Shown: piece by piece, positions 25,301 through 39,411 of the stretch | How the letters are laid out: every line of letters starts with the position of its first letter | Position numbering within the stretch: the stretch's first letter is position 1 | Assembly (NCBI GenBank): GCA_023515725.1 | Contig: JALDTO010000098.1 | Span: 894,164-958,163, forward strand | Source: Amoeboaphelidium protococcarum X5 | Lineage: Eukaryota; Fungi; Aphelidiomycota | DNA: 64,000 bases | Reading direction: 5' to 3' | Program-made: the position numbers and the translations under genes | Notes under the pieces: generated by a model | Told to the model about the DNA's origin: nothing | What the model saw: only the letters and a program-made list of their open reading frames with translations | Databases searched by the model: none

Positions 25301-26120
25301 ACCAAAGACGCCTGCTGAGCCATCTGCTTACTCAATGAAACTTACTCCTTCTCCAAATGATACAGCTTCCACAGTATCTACAGCTTCAAGAGATGACTCT
25401 TCTCAACCTACAACTTTGCGAATCGGTTAGCCTCGTCCAACTACTCCTTGTACTATTTCATCTCAGCATTGATCCCACGCTTCTTGTTAAAGTTAAACGT
25501 GGAATCCTCAATAGCCTTCTCTTGCTCAGCCTTCAATCTTTCATATTCTTCCTTATACTCAATGGAGCCACTGATTTACTCAATAAGATTTGTCAAATCT
25601 TTAGAGGATTGAGAAGCCAGAGATTCAACGTCACCTTGAAACACCAGGAAGTTACGCGCCTTGGACAGAATATTCAGCTTCTCCAGCTCTTCCAAATACT
25701 TTTCCATTGACACACTGACACCATATATCTTGTATTCACTTGCACCACCATCTGATTTGATGAGACGCTTGAACTCAATCTGAGAACCATCGTCCAACTG
25801 AAACAAGGCGGCAACATAACACTAGTCAATATCACTACCAGCATCCGAACCACCACGATAAATCAACTCTTTCAACTAAGAAGATCTTAATTGGGCCGCA
25901 TTAACACCCAGAACAAAGCTAATAGCATCCATAAGATTCGATTTACCTATAAGAATAAACAGCCACATTGACAATACTATGTTAAAACATATAATCGATT
26001 TAACATACCTGTTCCATTAGGACCAATGATGCAGGTGAACGGTTTGATGAAGGGCCCAACAACATGATTCCCTTTGTAAGACTTGAAATTATGCACCTCC
26101 AATTATACCAGCTTAGTCAT
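22348..26120 (-). CDS. SMC1: Cohesin subunit SMC1
   Basis: [15 protein letters not shown]|[14 protein letters not shown] (intron 25947-26008), [14 protein letters not shown], hinge GVRGRLVDL...[38 protein letters not shown]. Confidence 0.97.
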
Positions 26121-26919
26121 AAAGTATTATTATCAACAAGTAGTACAATAATATACGTCAAATAGATTAAGGTTGTTATTACAGTAGTAACTGAACGCGA
26201 GATGGAGATAGAGAGAACGTGAAAGTGAAACAAAAAGAGCAATCGGCAATCAGCCAACAAAGTGAAACAAAACACACAAAAATTGTCTGAAATGGGAAAT
26301 AGATAAAGCCACTTTACTCAATCAGTCAAGAATCGGTGTTTCACATCCATATTGGGATCACTCTGCAGTAATTGCCTCAGCTCCGACTCTAATTCAGCCA
26401 ACTATCGATCATTTCCATCACTCCATTTCTGCGGATTGACGCGTCTTTTCTCTTCCAGTCTCTTGATATCACTCTTTAGCACATCAATCTAATGGGGATT
26501 ATATCTTGATTTCAGTATTTTTACAATGGCGCCTCTATCCACTTTGAATTTATCAGACAGCTCTTAGACAGACAATTATCCACTGGCTCCCTCTGATCTG
26601 ATCTTCTCCATCATGGCTCTACTCAGTCGACTGTGTGCGTTTTTATTACTTTACAACATCAACCTTGTATTCATTTACGAGAATTATCGCGTTAGAATAG
26701 TTGTTCTGGCTTTACAATTAAATAAGATTATTAATTACATATTACTCCTCTCCTAAAATTTGTGACGATTGTATACTGATGGCAAAGACTATTTCATGAT
26801 TAAAAGTCAGCGTCTAGTCTCTGAGCGACTTACAGCTTTTCATTCTTACTTCATTTCTCCTTGAAAATCTAAATTCAATTACTGCGACTGGGCCTAATAA
26901 TAAGAATTCTACTTTTATT

Positions 26920-27663
26920 ATGGCAAAAGGGACTGCAGATGCTATCGCTCCGTTTATAATCGTTGGTTTGGTGTGTGTGGTTGGATATTATGTTCTGTCT
27001 TGGGTTCAGCGCAGAAATTTGCAAGTCAGCATTCCGAACGTGAAGTAAGGTTAGTGGGATCCAGTTGTTGCAAATTACACTTGGTCGTCATCGGTGAATA
27101 ATAAACATAAGGAGGAGTATATTCGCTTAAAGTAGCTGGCTGATTAGCAGTAATAATCTTAATAAAATGGTCAATCGCCAGCGACTGCTAGAAATACACT
27201 GGCACAGGCTTTGATGCGTAGAACGATGCACAATGTTCAGTAGTTGATGGATATGCAGTCGCAAAAGTAATCGCTGAGCCAGTTGGTCAAGTAAGGTCTG
27301 ATAGGAGAAGATGTTATGCACAGATTCCAGATGGCTGAGCAGGTTCTGAATGAGGATTGTGGCGAGATTGTTCAAGAAGCTAATTAATTGAAACCTCAGT
27401 GGGGCGAGAGTATTTTTCAAGACGCTGCTAAATTGATATAGATTGAGAAGTAGCGGGAGTAGGAGATGTAGATGAAGGAGATGGAGCAAGATATGGCTGA
27501 GCGACGCAGATTGGCCTCTGAACTGTCTGAAGAGGATCGTCGTCTGAAAGATTAAAGAGCCAGACAAGCAGCTGAAGAATTGCTTCAACTTGAAGAGTAA
27601 GAACGTGCGAAAGGTGGCGGTAATAAGAAGACTAGTCCTCCCACTGTAAAGAAACGTAAATGA
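26920..27663 (+). CDS. SEC66: ER translocon accessory subunit Sec66/Sec71 (247 aa)
   Basis: N-terminal TM, LAQALMRRT, SLSQLVKQGLIGEDVMHRFQMAE, EIVQEANQLKPQWGESIFQDA. The frame is rich in TAA/TAG. Confidence 0.8.
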
Positions 27664-27759
27664 GTATTCTATGATTATGATTATCACTCACTATTCAAAA
27701 CTCTCTTTGTGTGTAAAAGCAAAATACTATCACATAATTTAAACTTTGTATTATTCATA

Positions 27760-28833
27760 TCAATTTTCGACAAAATCGTTCAGGCTTATACCCAAAAATT
27801 TACAAGCATTTTCTGATAGAATTTTGCGTTTATCAGCATCAGATAGATCTTCCATCTCCTCAACGTCTTTGCCAGGATGATGCTCACCCAGAACGAATGG
27901 AGCATCACTGCCAAGCACGATATTGTCTATGCCCATCTTTTTTATCAAAAATCTCAACGTGTCCTTGTCATGCACCAGGGAATCGACATAGATTTTACCG
28001 AGTTACTATGCAGGATTCACTTTAGTCATGGTCTAACACAAATCCGGTCTAACATTGAATCCGTGCTCGATTCTACCTAGAGTGCCGACAAAAGATCCGC
28101 CACCATGCGCAAAGCATACTTTAAGTCGTGGAAACTTATCCAACACGCCGCCCATTAACATGGAACAGATGGCCACGGTTGTCTCACACGGCATACCAAT
28201 CAACCACGGGAACCAGTGCTTCTCCATGCGTCCCTTTTGATCCATATCCCACGGGTGAACAAAGATCGCAGCTCCGAGTTCTTCCGCACATTCCCAGATG
28301 GGATAAAGCTCTGGCGCGTCCAGATTCCAATCATTGATATGAGATGCTATCTGAACACCTTTCAGACCAAGCTCTTACATACATCGCTTCAACTCCTGGA
28401 CGGCCAGCTATGGAGCCTGCATAGGCAAAGTGCCCAAGCCGACAAACTTCTTTGGATACTCTGCCACAATTTATGCAATATGATCATTCAGATAACGCGC
28501 CAAGTCAAGAGTGTGCTCCGGCTTAGCCCAGTATCCAAACATCACAGGCACTGTACTAAGAACTTGGACATTGACGCCCGTCTGCTGACACGTCTCAATT
28601 CTCGCATCTGGTGACCAGCAGTTACAATCGATAGTCCTGAAATTCTTTCCATCCAGCATCATATTTGCCGTCTTGCCATCTTTAGATCGCGAATGGTCCA
28701 GCGATATCCATCCTTTGTATCCATACCTCTTTTCCAAATCTGGCCACTGTTTAGGCAGAATATGAGTATGCATGTCAATCTTGAAATACTTGCATTCGCT
28801 GCTTTCATTCTTCATTTCATTCTCAGAGGCCAT
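27760..28833 (-). CDS. ACMSD: 2-amino-3-carboxymuconate-6-semialdehyde decarboxylase
   Basis: [66 protein letters not shown]. Confidence 0.95.
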
Positions 28834-29182
28834 AATTATTATATTGTTTTTTCTACCTATTAAATTCCAAAAATTTGAGCGAATAAATATTCTAATTCTA
28901 AAAGTAAAAGCAAGTTTAGCCTCTGATTGACTGCGGGAATTCTCAAAAATGGAAATTTTGTAGATCGCTCTGATTGGCCATTTTCTCGTATTGATTGATG
29001 GTCAAGTGCTATAAATCCTGTCAAAACAAATCGTTTAAATAACAAATCGTTAAATATAAAAGTTCAAGACTACAGTCGTAAAAATCATCTCATATTTAAT
29101 TCACAATCATTAGTCATTCATCACCATAAAATTCATCCTAGTAACATTAATTATAATTAAGCACACATACAGTATAAGCGTA

Positions 29183-32100
29183 TCACAGAGCCACCTCTTC
29201 CTCAGTCTTCGTATTTGCCGGCACGTTCTTGGACGTTTTGACTTTCTATTATGCGCTCTGCTTACGGCTCAGATCCACGAAAGCAGCTCTAGCAATAGCA
29301 TAGGGAAACACCTCTTCCAGAACGTCGGTAGATATGTACTTGGACAGCTGGCAAAATTTTCTTACAACCAAGTACAGACCTCTGACTACATCGACACGCA
29401 GAGAATCCTTATTCTTCATCAACATTGCAGAACTCACCTGCACAAACTCTTTATGTACCTGGGCGATAAAACCACTTTCCGCATTAGGACTGGTGAGAGC
29501 AATCAGGTACGTCAGCATTACATCCACAGTATAAGCCAAACAATGTCCATTGTTATCCAGTGCCTCAAGTTGCACAATGAAATTACTCTGCAAATCTGGA
29601 ACTAAAGACTTGAATGCGACAGCAAATAGATACGGCAGCAGAGAGAAGAGCTTTTAATCAGTCATTTGATTTTTACATAGCATATTAAACGCAACCTTCA
29701 CCATATTGTCTCCGCGATCATTAATACCAATAAAGTTAGCCAGATTGTCTAATGCGGCATACTCCACATTATTGAATACATTAACATCGTACTTATGATA
29801 CACATTGCCTACTAGAGATGTAACCACACTAGCCTTATTAGAGAAAGCAATACCAAGAGCTTCATACAAATTCTTGCGGAATAAAAGCACCAAACCAACA
29901 TTAATCGACTTTTAAAGCACATCATCGACACCTTTAAATTTCTTTGCCAAGTCATCAAATCTACCTTCAATGAACCAATTCTTCTAAAGTTAGAAGAGCA
30001 ACTCGCTATTAGCATTCACGTATTCTTTAACATCCTTTAGCGTATGGAAAATCAAATGCAAAAATCTTTCGTCCATTATGCGCACGCCAGAAGGTCCAAT
30101 AATCTAGCAGAGAGCAATCAACTCGGTTAGATCGGTGTAATACTGGGCTTTGAACGTGCTCTGAGAGTGGCTCACAATCTACTTTTTCAACTCAGAGGCT
30201 ACAGCAACATTGTACGTGGAGCGATCTCTCACATACTCAACATACCAGTTCACGTAAGTAACCATAAAAGATTAAACGTCGCTATTACCAGTGAATGGGA
30301 CAGGCTTCTTAGAAGGCTTCTTTGGTAGAGATTTGATAGCATTCATATCAACGTCAGTGAAATACTTTCTAGCCATATTCAAATCCAATTACTCCAGGAG
30401 AACATCGCGAATAATACCATGGGCCTGAGGACCACAATAACGCTGGATGACATCAGTGATGGCTTTCAACTCATTCAAAAACTACGAAGGTCTCTTAATC
30501 TGGAATGGAGGTTCATCTGCGCCATCTTTGTGTGGACTCGTCGGAGCAGTCTGAATATACGGAGCCGCCATTAAGATTGCACGCAATTTCATCGTGATGG
30601 CATCCTTCAAGTACTCACTCGGCCTGTACAAGTGATCAAACACCGCAAAGTAATCTAGAGCAGTCAGAGCATCAACACAATTAATCAAAGCCAGGCGTAA
30701 CACTGGAATACTTCCAATGTATGCAGAATTTCTGAAAACACTTTCATACCCAGGCTTGACTATCTACTGTTGCGCTGCCTTCTTGGAAGTCTTTTTATCT
30801 CTCTTATCTGGCACAAATATGACACCATTCTCGTCCAGAGTCTAATTACCAAAAGACACATGGTAATTGATAACAGCCTGGCAATAATCCGCGGCGGATC
30901 TAGATATATTCTGCAGTTGAATATTTATCCATTCATTCGACTTTGCAGACACGCGATCAACCTCCTTCTGAACATATCCATTCGCATTCAGAATAAAGTC
31001 ACTGGAAGCGATAAACACAGAGTTCAAGCAAAGGACTATATCCGGATAGGAAGACAGCACCTCGTTCACTTGCTCCTGGATCAGTGAACGGAAATGATAG
31101 GAGAACTTTAAATTGCAATTCTCATCAATAATACTCTGCGTCTCATCAATGAACCTGGTCCTGTAAACAATCTCATTCATCAATGCAATAAAATCTGGAA
31201 CCAATCTAGGATCAATTGAGGATTCCACAGAGTAAATATGAACCAGCAAACGTTCATAGTCAAGTCTCAAATCGCCAAATGTCAACAAAATGTTCGAGTC
31301 TCGCACTTTATCAGCAATAGAGTACAAGATCATCTCAATTGCCGGCTCCAGTTTACATGTGTCTTTCAACTTTTGCACCAAATTATCAATCAGAGGCCCA
31401 TAATGAGTATTCATCAGATTGCTATAAAATTCCTGCGCCACCATCTGCTGTGATAGCAAAACCTTCTTCAACTTGGTAAGAGCGTGCATCAATTCAAAAA
31501 TCTTGGGGTCATTTCCTTGCTGCACATTAGGAGCTTTAGGTGCAAATTTTGGCAGATTGTAGCCCACAGTCTTATCATGATGATTGAAATACCACACAAG
31601 CTCCTCCTTGGCCAAGTTCATCAATGACAACAACACTGGCAACTTAAACCCAATCACAAACGGAGAATCCTGTACAATGAGCACCCACTGCTTGAGCGCA
31701 AACTTTACATACTCTCTACGACTAGAGTGGAACTACACAGCTTTGTACAATCCTTCTGCAAGTGCCTCGCTGATCAACTACTTAATCTTGGACAACTTGC
31801 TGTTTGACTTTATAATAACATCAATCTCAGTGGCAATGTTCAATACTTCAGAGCGAAAGACCACAAACACGAAATTCTGAGATAGGACAAACTTCAAGGC
31901 ATCACTTAATGCTTAAGTCTTCAAATACTCGGCCGGAATAACCAACATACCAATGACTACGGTATAACTAAAGTCAATAAAACTAGGAATCACACGAATC
32001 TTCGCCTCATCTACAGTCAAAGACTTTACATTAATACCGGATGCGTAAACACCATCCTTCCTAATTTACTCCATACTCATTGGGCCATACTTCATGTACT

Positions 32101-32923
32101 CTGTGATTAATGACTGCAGAAGAGTACTTAGACAGAGTGTCATTGGACTCAGCTACTCTTACAGGGCGACGATTGGCTTGTCATACACAGCAAAGAATGA
32201 GGCCATACGTCCATAATTCATATCTCCCATCTTACTTGGACTCAAGTACTGAGTCAAGAAGTTAAATATAGACGCCACAATCTTCTTCTCATCCGCCAGC
32301 TTACCCATCAGCAAGTGAACACTGACCAGATTGCACAGCAACTTGAGAATTCCATCCGTCAGTCTGAAATGTTATTAACACTACACTCTTTGAGATAGAT
32401 TTACGAATTGGTAGGAGTTGCAGATTATATACTTACATTCAAACCGACCAAACGATCACAAACTAAAAGGCAAGATATTGATACTTCAGTAAACTCCATA
32501 ATATCCACAAACAATTGATATATTGTCTAAATTTCTGCCAGCACCTGACGAGCATCAGTCTACAGAGCCTGAGCAGACGAGTTCTACAATCACAGCGCAA
32601 AGGTAAGAGACATATCAAACCATAATGAGACATAAACAGTGAGTAGAGACACTACATACCTTGTGAGTATCAGGGACGTCAGGAAACTTCTTTAGAACTT
32701 GCTTCACAAAAGCCTGATAAGGTTGCTCAGTAAACAGACGTGGCTGTTCGCTCTTGCGGTTGAGCGCTGACACCTCCTCTGGGACCATAGTGTCTATCAC
32801 ACAACCAGGTCCATCCCCATTGAAGATGTAAACATAGTTGTACAAACCAGACAGTAGGTTGATAGCATGTTCATTCAATACACGAACAGTCTCAGCAATC
32901 TTGCGAGAATCAACTTGCGCCAT
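29183..32923 (-). CDS. NCKAP1: Nck-associated protein 1 (Nap1/Hem), WAVE/SCAR complex subunit
   Basis: KIAETVRVLNE...LYN, KKFPD, PGYESVFR, FAVFDHLYRPSEYL, AQYYTDLTELIALCQIIGPSGV, LEALDNNGHCLA, LEEVFPYAIAR. Introns 32584-32659 and about 32381-32436. Confidence 0.88.
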
Positions 32924-33618
32924 TGTCAGTTATGATGGTGCTATATGTTGTACCTTTTCCCAACTTGGCTCTGTTGAAGTCAAAAGATGAAACAAAAGAG
33001 AAACAAAAGAGATTTCGTTTCACTTTTACGGATGGCGGAACAACATCGTTGACCATTTGATTGGACAGAGCGAGCATCTGCGCACGACGCGAAAACTGTA
33101 CTAAATCTATGACTAGCCTGAGTGCAAAGAATCAAGCGGCGATGAGCTTAATTGTGATGATAGATAGCTCATGAAAGTATTTATTAGATAGAAAGCTCAA
33201 AATGTTATCAATGTTGAGCTCAGAAAGTAGGTAGATGAGGTAAGAAACGAATATAAGAGAGAAAGAAACATTGATTCAGATACTATCTAGTCCGGTGTTA
33301 ACATCATGGTAAATCAGATGTCCCTATCAAAAGTATAATCATAATCAATGTATAAGCGTACTAGCATTCAAAGCTGTCACTGCATTAGATTAGGCAAGTA
33401 CGTTTGAATTTAGTAGTCATTCCAGATATTACATCCAGGTAGTCTACGTTGTTAATTTTTTTGCATTTTTTCATGGTTGGTTGAAGAAAAGAACGTTCAC
33501 GCAAACGTCGGTTATGAGGAGAGATAACAAAAGTGACGAGTGACGGGTCGCGCGAACTCTGCAGCAAATCAGAAAAGACAAACAGCATTTTTATATCTCA
33601 AAACAAAGTGAACGAGCT

Positions 33619-33999
33619 ATGCTAAATTTTCATTAAATTGGTTGTATTTCTGGCGCGTTGGCTGTGGGTCTGGGCGCTTTTGGAGCACACGGTCTGAGAA
33701 CGAGTTTAATGAAGTAAACCAAGGATGTCGCGTTGGTTGATAGAAAGTTGTCTGGCTGGTCGACTGCGGCCTCTTACCAATTGCTACACTCAGTCATGAT
33801 TGTTATCGCGTCGCAGTATCAGTAAGGTGGTAGTTAGCGTCCTTTATCTGCAGCTCTCTTCACTTGTGGTAACTTGCTTTTTAGTGGTTCGATCTACTTG
33901 CTGACACTTAATCCCGGATGGAAGTTTTTGGGACCTGTTACACCTGTTGGCGGCCTGTGTTATATCGCTGGTTGGTTGGCGCTACTGGCTAAACGATGA
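33619..33999 (+). CDS. DUF423/TMEM256 family membrane protein (126 aa)
   Basis: GALAVGLGAFGAHGL, WSTAASYQLLHS, GNLLFSGSIY, LGPVTPVGGLCYIAGW. Confidence 0.9.
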
Positions 34000-34067
34000 G
34001 ACAATGTAAATGTTAAATATTCAAGATTCTAATCTGTTGGCATCAAATTTAAAAATTTCATTAATAA

Positions 34068-36035
34068 TCACTTTTTACCGTTGTATACACGCCATCTTTC
34101 AATTGGAGTAATCTCTAGCATACGGATATGAGATCTGATAAAGGCGGCGAATAGCATCACACCGAGCACTATACAAACAAGATTCACCACGTAAAAACCA
34201 TCCATGCCGTAGTTACACTCCCCACCAGCATCTATACATATACTTTTTGCTTCTTTATTGTTGCAGTTCAGTAGGCTAAAATCGGTAATAGAACTGGGTG
34301 TAGTTGAATTGCTAGAAGTAGCGTCAATGTCGACAGATTGCACACATGTGCTAAATGTGAATAAATCGACAGCTCTGAGCACAAAGAAACTAGGCCACGT
34401 ACCGCCAAAGTTGGACAATGTATTGAGAAGTGTCAGATATGTACCACCTATAAGAGGATCGGATATGGTGGCGAAGAATGAACCAATCGAGACAAACTGG
34501 ATAGTGCTCACTACTGTACCAGCGATGGAGCCTAAAACGATCATACTATAAAACCAGTTTTCCAAATGAGCGGTGGAAGTATCGCCGTCAACTTTAGTTA
34601 GACCGTACTTGGACAGATAAACTAAAGCCATTCCATAGAAAACGAGCAACAACCGAATGTAATACGAATACAACCACGGTCGAAGTCTACCTTCGCCGGT
34701 CATAAGATCTTGCCCCTCTGCGCCGGTATCATCACAGTCTTGAGGCGCGTCCACTCCCTCAATATTGCTGTCGCGATGTACCAAACTATACTACTATCTA
34801 TTGTGCTTTCGTTCTTGACTCCATTTGGCGCCAATCCATCCGACGATTAACTAAAGAGGGAAACAGAACAAGGCAATACTGGCCAGTGTTTCTTCACACA
34901 CTCCCATGTCAATCAGTCGATATGGAACAAGTGTCTCTGCGCCGATGAAAGGCAATTTACAAGTCAAAAGGACCACAATAAGAATCCTCATGTTGGGCAA
35001 TTTAAGAATAGATACCACGTCCTTGTAAGCATTAATCATTCCCAAAGTGCTGACACCCTCGGCCTCATCCACAGAGTCATCTTCCCGCTTCATCACAATG
35101 AGCCACAGGGTGACTGATATAAAGCACACAGCCCAGAAGACCAAATAATTCGAAAGCATATTAACAGTCATTTCCGGATCAGAATACTAGGCATTATAAG
35201 AGGAAACCAAGTACAATATACCACTAAAGCTCAGGAAATATCCAGTATTAAGCCCGATAGTCTAGCACGCGGATGCCCACCGCAAGTTCTCCTTATGCAA
35301 TAAAGTCAGAGACCATCCATCAACAGCAATATCTTGAGTTGCACTAAAAAATACCAACAGAAGGAACACACCTGTCAATAAGTGAACATCAATAACATTA
35401 GACGCGTCCAAAGCATCAGACGATGAGGTTGAGCGATTTCCTATAAGACTAGACAATAGCTCCTACTACCTGGCCAGCCAAAACAAAAACGCAGATACAA
35501 TCAGTTAAAGAGGGATGATCCACGTCTTGCGCCTTCCCCCAAACCAATATTACACTGATGACCACAACAGGAATTTACCAGATATACGACCACGGATAGA
35601 CTAGATATAGAAACTGTCAACTATAGGAGACCAGAGTAACTTGAGCGAGTATGGCCAGCTGCATAGAGAGAAGATCGCCATCTCGGCGAATGACAATTGG
35701 CGCTTCAACATGAAAGGGAGCGTACCAAGAGCGAGTCCAAGCGGTATCCCTTAAAGCAAGTACAAAATAATAAGTAATGTAATATTAGGCAAATCCTTTC
35801 GTAATCGCGCACCATCATCGACATTAAAAGCAGGTGTATTTGATAATGCGGGGGAGGGCCGTCTCGCTTTAGTGTATGGAAGATCAACGGACATTTCATC
35901 CTTTGTGCCATGCTGAACTTGTCTACTGTTGCTTTACAGTGTAATATTTCCATTTTCGCTAAGAGTATCAAATTAACTATCAATAGAGTCTCCAGCGTTG
36001 ACTCTTTTTTATAATTATCTCCGCGTCATTACCAT
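34068..36035 (-). CDS. SLC33A1: ER acetyl-CoA transporter (Acatn/AT-1)
   Basis: LYLLQGIPLGL, WPYSLKLLWSPIVDS, GGRRKTWIIPLQ, ATQDIAVDGWSL, CQTIGLNTGYF, ISDPLIGGTYLTLLNTLSNFGGTWP, DGFY. Confidence 0.93.
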
Positions 36036-36693
36036 AATCAGATCAAATGTTATTTCAAATGATGATAAATAAAATTGATACAGCACTGTTAGTTAATGAG
36101 GGAGCTTAAGATGGAAGCGCCTTGGAAACGATCGCGAAATTTTAATTTCAAAGTTACCGCTGATTGGTCCAGTTTCAAGTCTACAGATCAAGTTCAGTAG
36201 CCTATTGAAATGACGTGTTTGAGTAGATGAATTGAATTTATATGTATCTAGGTATCATTTGGCTATTTGAATAAACAGCGTCTTATGTTTGGAGCAAGTT
36301 TTATCGTAGGAACCAGATTAATCGTCTATTCGGTAGCAGACTTATCTCCCTATTTAAGAGTTGTGGAAAGAGCTTTGACAATTGTCGTAACGCTTGATTT
36401 ATGGGGTGATATTTACAAACAAAAAATTTTCCATTTCCATTTTATTACAGACTATGGAGCTTTAATATATATTAATAAACCGTCTATATAACTACCGTGG
36501 TTGAACTGTCCGGTAAGTGCAATCGTGCAGTTTCAACTTTTCGCGTGGCTCTGCGGCTCAAATCATCTTACTCTCCCACGCTTGTACAGTATTATTAATA
36601 TTGTCACTTCAAAACAACTACACCTGCATTAAGATTTTGTAATATTTGTAGAATATACATATTCGCCGATCTACATAATAATACCTTGAGAGA

Positions 36694-38328
36694 ATGCCTG
36701 CCAAGACGGAAAAGATTAAGGGATAATAGCAGTTTACGCCAGTTAAAGAACTTGAGCTGATAACTAGACAGTTGAGAGACTCCTTCACTAGCGGAGTCAC
36801 CAGACCATATGAGTATAGAATGGAGTAGTTGCATGGTATTAGAAGACTAGTCACTGATGAGGAATCGATGAAGATTCTACTGGATGCCATGGTAGCTGAT
36901 GGAAAGTGTCGTGGGGAGGCTTTACTGGGAGATTTGTACACCAGTGAGAAGGATGTGAACAAGTGTCTGGCCAACTTGCACCACTGGATGTCACCATAAG
37001 CAGTATCTATGGATTTGGCGAGTAATCTGAGTGGAGATTCCGGATATGTTTAGTATGATCCTCTCGGTATGGTTCTGATAATTGGTACTTGGAACTATCC
37101 GGTCAACTCTGCTATTAGTCCGCTGATTGGTGCCATTGCTGCCGGTAATACTGTGGTACTCAAGTTGTCAGAAGTGTCGAGTAATACATCGCAAGCACTA
37201 GCATCTCTGTTCAATAAGTATTTGGATCCGTAGTGTTACAGAGTAGTCACTGGAGCGGTAGAAGAGGTGTCCGCCCTACTCCGTGGCTCTGTAAATGCAG
37301 GTACAGAGAGACATTGGAAGTGGGATCACATTTTCCTGACTGGTAATAGCCAGGTTGGCAAAGTGATTGCCAGAGCGGCCGCAGAGACTCTGACTCCCAC
37401 AACTCTTGAATTGGGTGGGAAATCTCCTTGTATTATTGATGTGAACATTGGTGAGGCGACGGTGTAAGGCGGACTCTTCAGTAGCTTTAGTATGAAAATG
37501 GACACTGTGACGACTCGTTTGGTGGCCTCAAAGTTCTTTAATGTTGGCCAAACTTGTATCGCTCCGGATTATGTTCTTGTTCCTTAGTAGCATCTTGACT
37601 TACTGTTAGAGAATATTAAAGCGTAGATTGTCAAGCTGTATGGCTCGTTGAATGCTGACGAGATTAAGCAGAATGCGAACAGTTTTGGTCGCATTGTCAG
37701 TCGTCGCCACTACGACCGTCTGGATTCAATGTTAAAAAAGACTCGTGGACGTATTGTGGTCAATGAAGACGGCCGCGATGTTAATGAATTGTATATTCCA
37801 CCGACTGTAGTTGTTTTGGAGCCATCTGCCGGAGATTTGAGTTCCATCTGTGAAGATGCTCTGATGTAAGAAGAGATATTCGGTCCCATCATGATTATTA
37901 TTGCAGTTCCGAGTGCCGAATAATAGGACAGTTAGCAATAATTTATGTAAAAGTGCATTCAATTTATTAATGGTAGAGAGAAGCCACTGGCTGCATACTT
38001 ATTCTCTAACAATTACAAAAATATTGAGCAATTCTAAAGTGAGGTGCTCTCTGGTGGTCAGTTGATCAATGACTGTTTAATGCACTTCACCTGCGAAACT
38101 CTACCGTTTGGAGGTGTTGGAAATAGTGGATATGGTCAGTATCATGGCAAGTTCTCTTTCGATTGCTTTAGTCATCGCAAAGCTGTGATGAAGAGAAATG
38201 TGATTGCAGAACTAGGAAACTAGTTGAGATATCCACCATATACCACCCAAAAGAGTAATCTAATCCACGCTGCGTTAGTTCCTGCTGCACCAAAGATGAA
38301 GCAGTAGAACTCTTCCTGGTTCTGGTGA
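36694..38328 (+). CDS. ALDH3-family (fatty) aldehyde dehydrogenase
   Basis: [89 protein letters not shown]. Confidence 0.93.
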
Positions 38329-38454
38329 ATTTACTTGCTGTAACATTTGATTGAATTCTGATTGAATAACAAATTGATAGCAATGATATTATGAAATGGT
38401 TTTAGTAAGCATTGAAGAGAAACTTCTTTTAATCGAGTATCATATAGAAATATC

Positions 38455-39411
38455 TCAAAGACGAGCCTGAGCCGCAGCATATTCGGATATTCCAGTAGTT
38501 GATAAAACATCCAACTTTCGCAGCACCTTTTTAGACTTGATGCCACTGAGAGGAGTCTTGTAACCTTCCGGGATAAAGAAATCGGGAAACAGGTCGCTCT
38601 CCTTCATACCTCTCGTATTGGAGTAAATGTCCAAATCTTGACGCTTGAATCCCTAACTAAGGATGATATCATCATCAATAGCAAACACACCAGTCAATCC
38701 TTGCTAATTCAGTAGAACATACGCAGAATCCGCCATTATACCGACTCTTCTCATGGTGGCCCTCTGGTCAGCAGCGCCCGGTATCATCTTCATTGCAGCA
38801 GTGTCGATCGCCGTACGTGGCCACAGTGAATTGACACTAATACCATACTGTTTAAACTCTTCGCTCATACCCAAAGTGCACATGCTCATGTTAAACTTGG
38901 CGATAGTGTACGCAGTATGAGGTGCGAACCATTGAGTATCCACAGACAGTGGCGGAGACAGGTTGAGCACCTGCGGATTTCTACCAGATTAAGCAGACTT
39001 GATTAGGTGTGGAAGTGCCAGTTTAGTACACAACCACGTGCCGCGACCGTTGATCTAATTCATCAAGTCAAACTTCTTCACCGCAGTGTTTGGAGTGTCA
39101 GTAAGGCTAATGGCACTGGCATTGTTGATCAGAATGTCAATACCGCCCCATCGATCCACAGTCTACTGGATGGCATTCTAGACCTCTTGCTCAAATCTTA
39201 TGTCACATTGAATAGCCAGCGATTGACCACCAACCTTCTCAATCTCCTCAGCAGTCTGCTCAATAGTTCCAGGTAGCTTCTATGCACCTTGAGTTCCGGA
39301 GGACTTGGAAGCTACAGCCACCTTGGCTCCATCCATCGCCAGTCTGATAGCAATTGCCTTGCCAATACCTCTGCTAGCGCCGGAAATGAATACAACTTTA
39401 TCCTTGAGCAT
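38455..39411 (-). CDS. HSDL2-like short-chain dehydrogenase/reductase with PTS1-like C-terminus (-ARL)
   Basis: ISGASRGIG, KLPGTI, ILINNASAISLT, LNLSPPL, AYTIAKFNMS, NSLWPRTAIDTAA. Ends QARL-TGA. No SCP2 domain is evident. Confidence 0.9.

Noticed and set aside
26526-26765. About 79-aa hydrophobic plus-strand ORF upstream of SEC66
   Set aside because: No family features; composition is consistent with AT-rich intergenic DNA.
22474-27687. Long Leu-rich ORFs in the supplied track (e.g. 24775-25338 +, 25357-25710 +, 27127-27687 -)
   Set aside because: They are antisense shadows of SMC1 and SEC66 coiled coils; sense TAA/TAG/CAA/GAA read as Leu/Phe on the other strand.
33000-33410. TGA-free plus-strand frame between NCKAP1 and TMEM256
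   Set aside because: No convincing start or motif; cannot be supported without expression data.
36181-36205. AGATCAAGTTCAGTAG resembling part of U2 snRNA
   Set aside because: It lacks the GTGTAGTA branch-pairing sequence, the U2 5' end and an Sm site context.
34068-39411. Possible lipid-metabolism cluster (acetyl-CoA transporter, ALDH3, peroxisomal HSDL2-like)
   Set aside because: These are housekeeping genes from different compartments with no backbone enzyme; the adjacency is plausibly chance.
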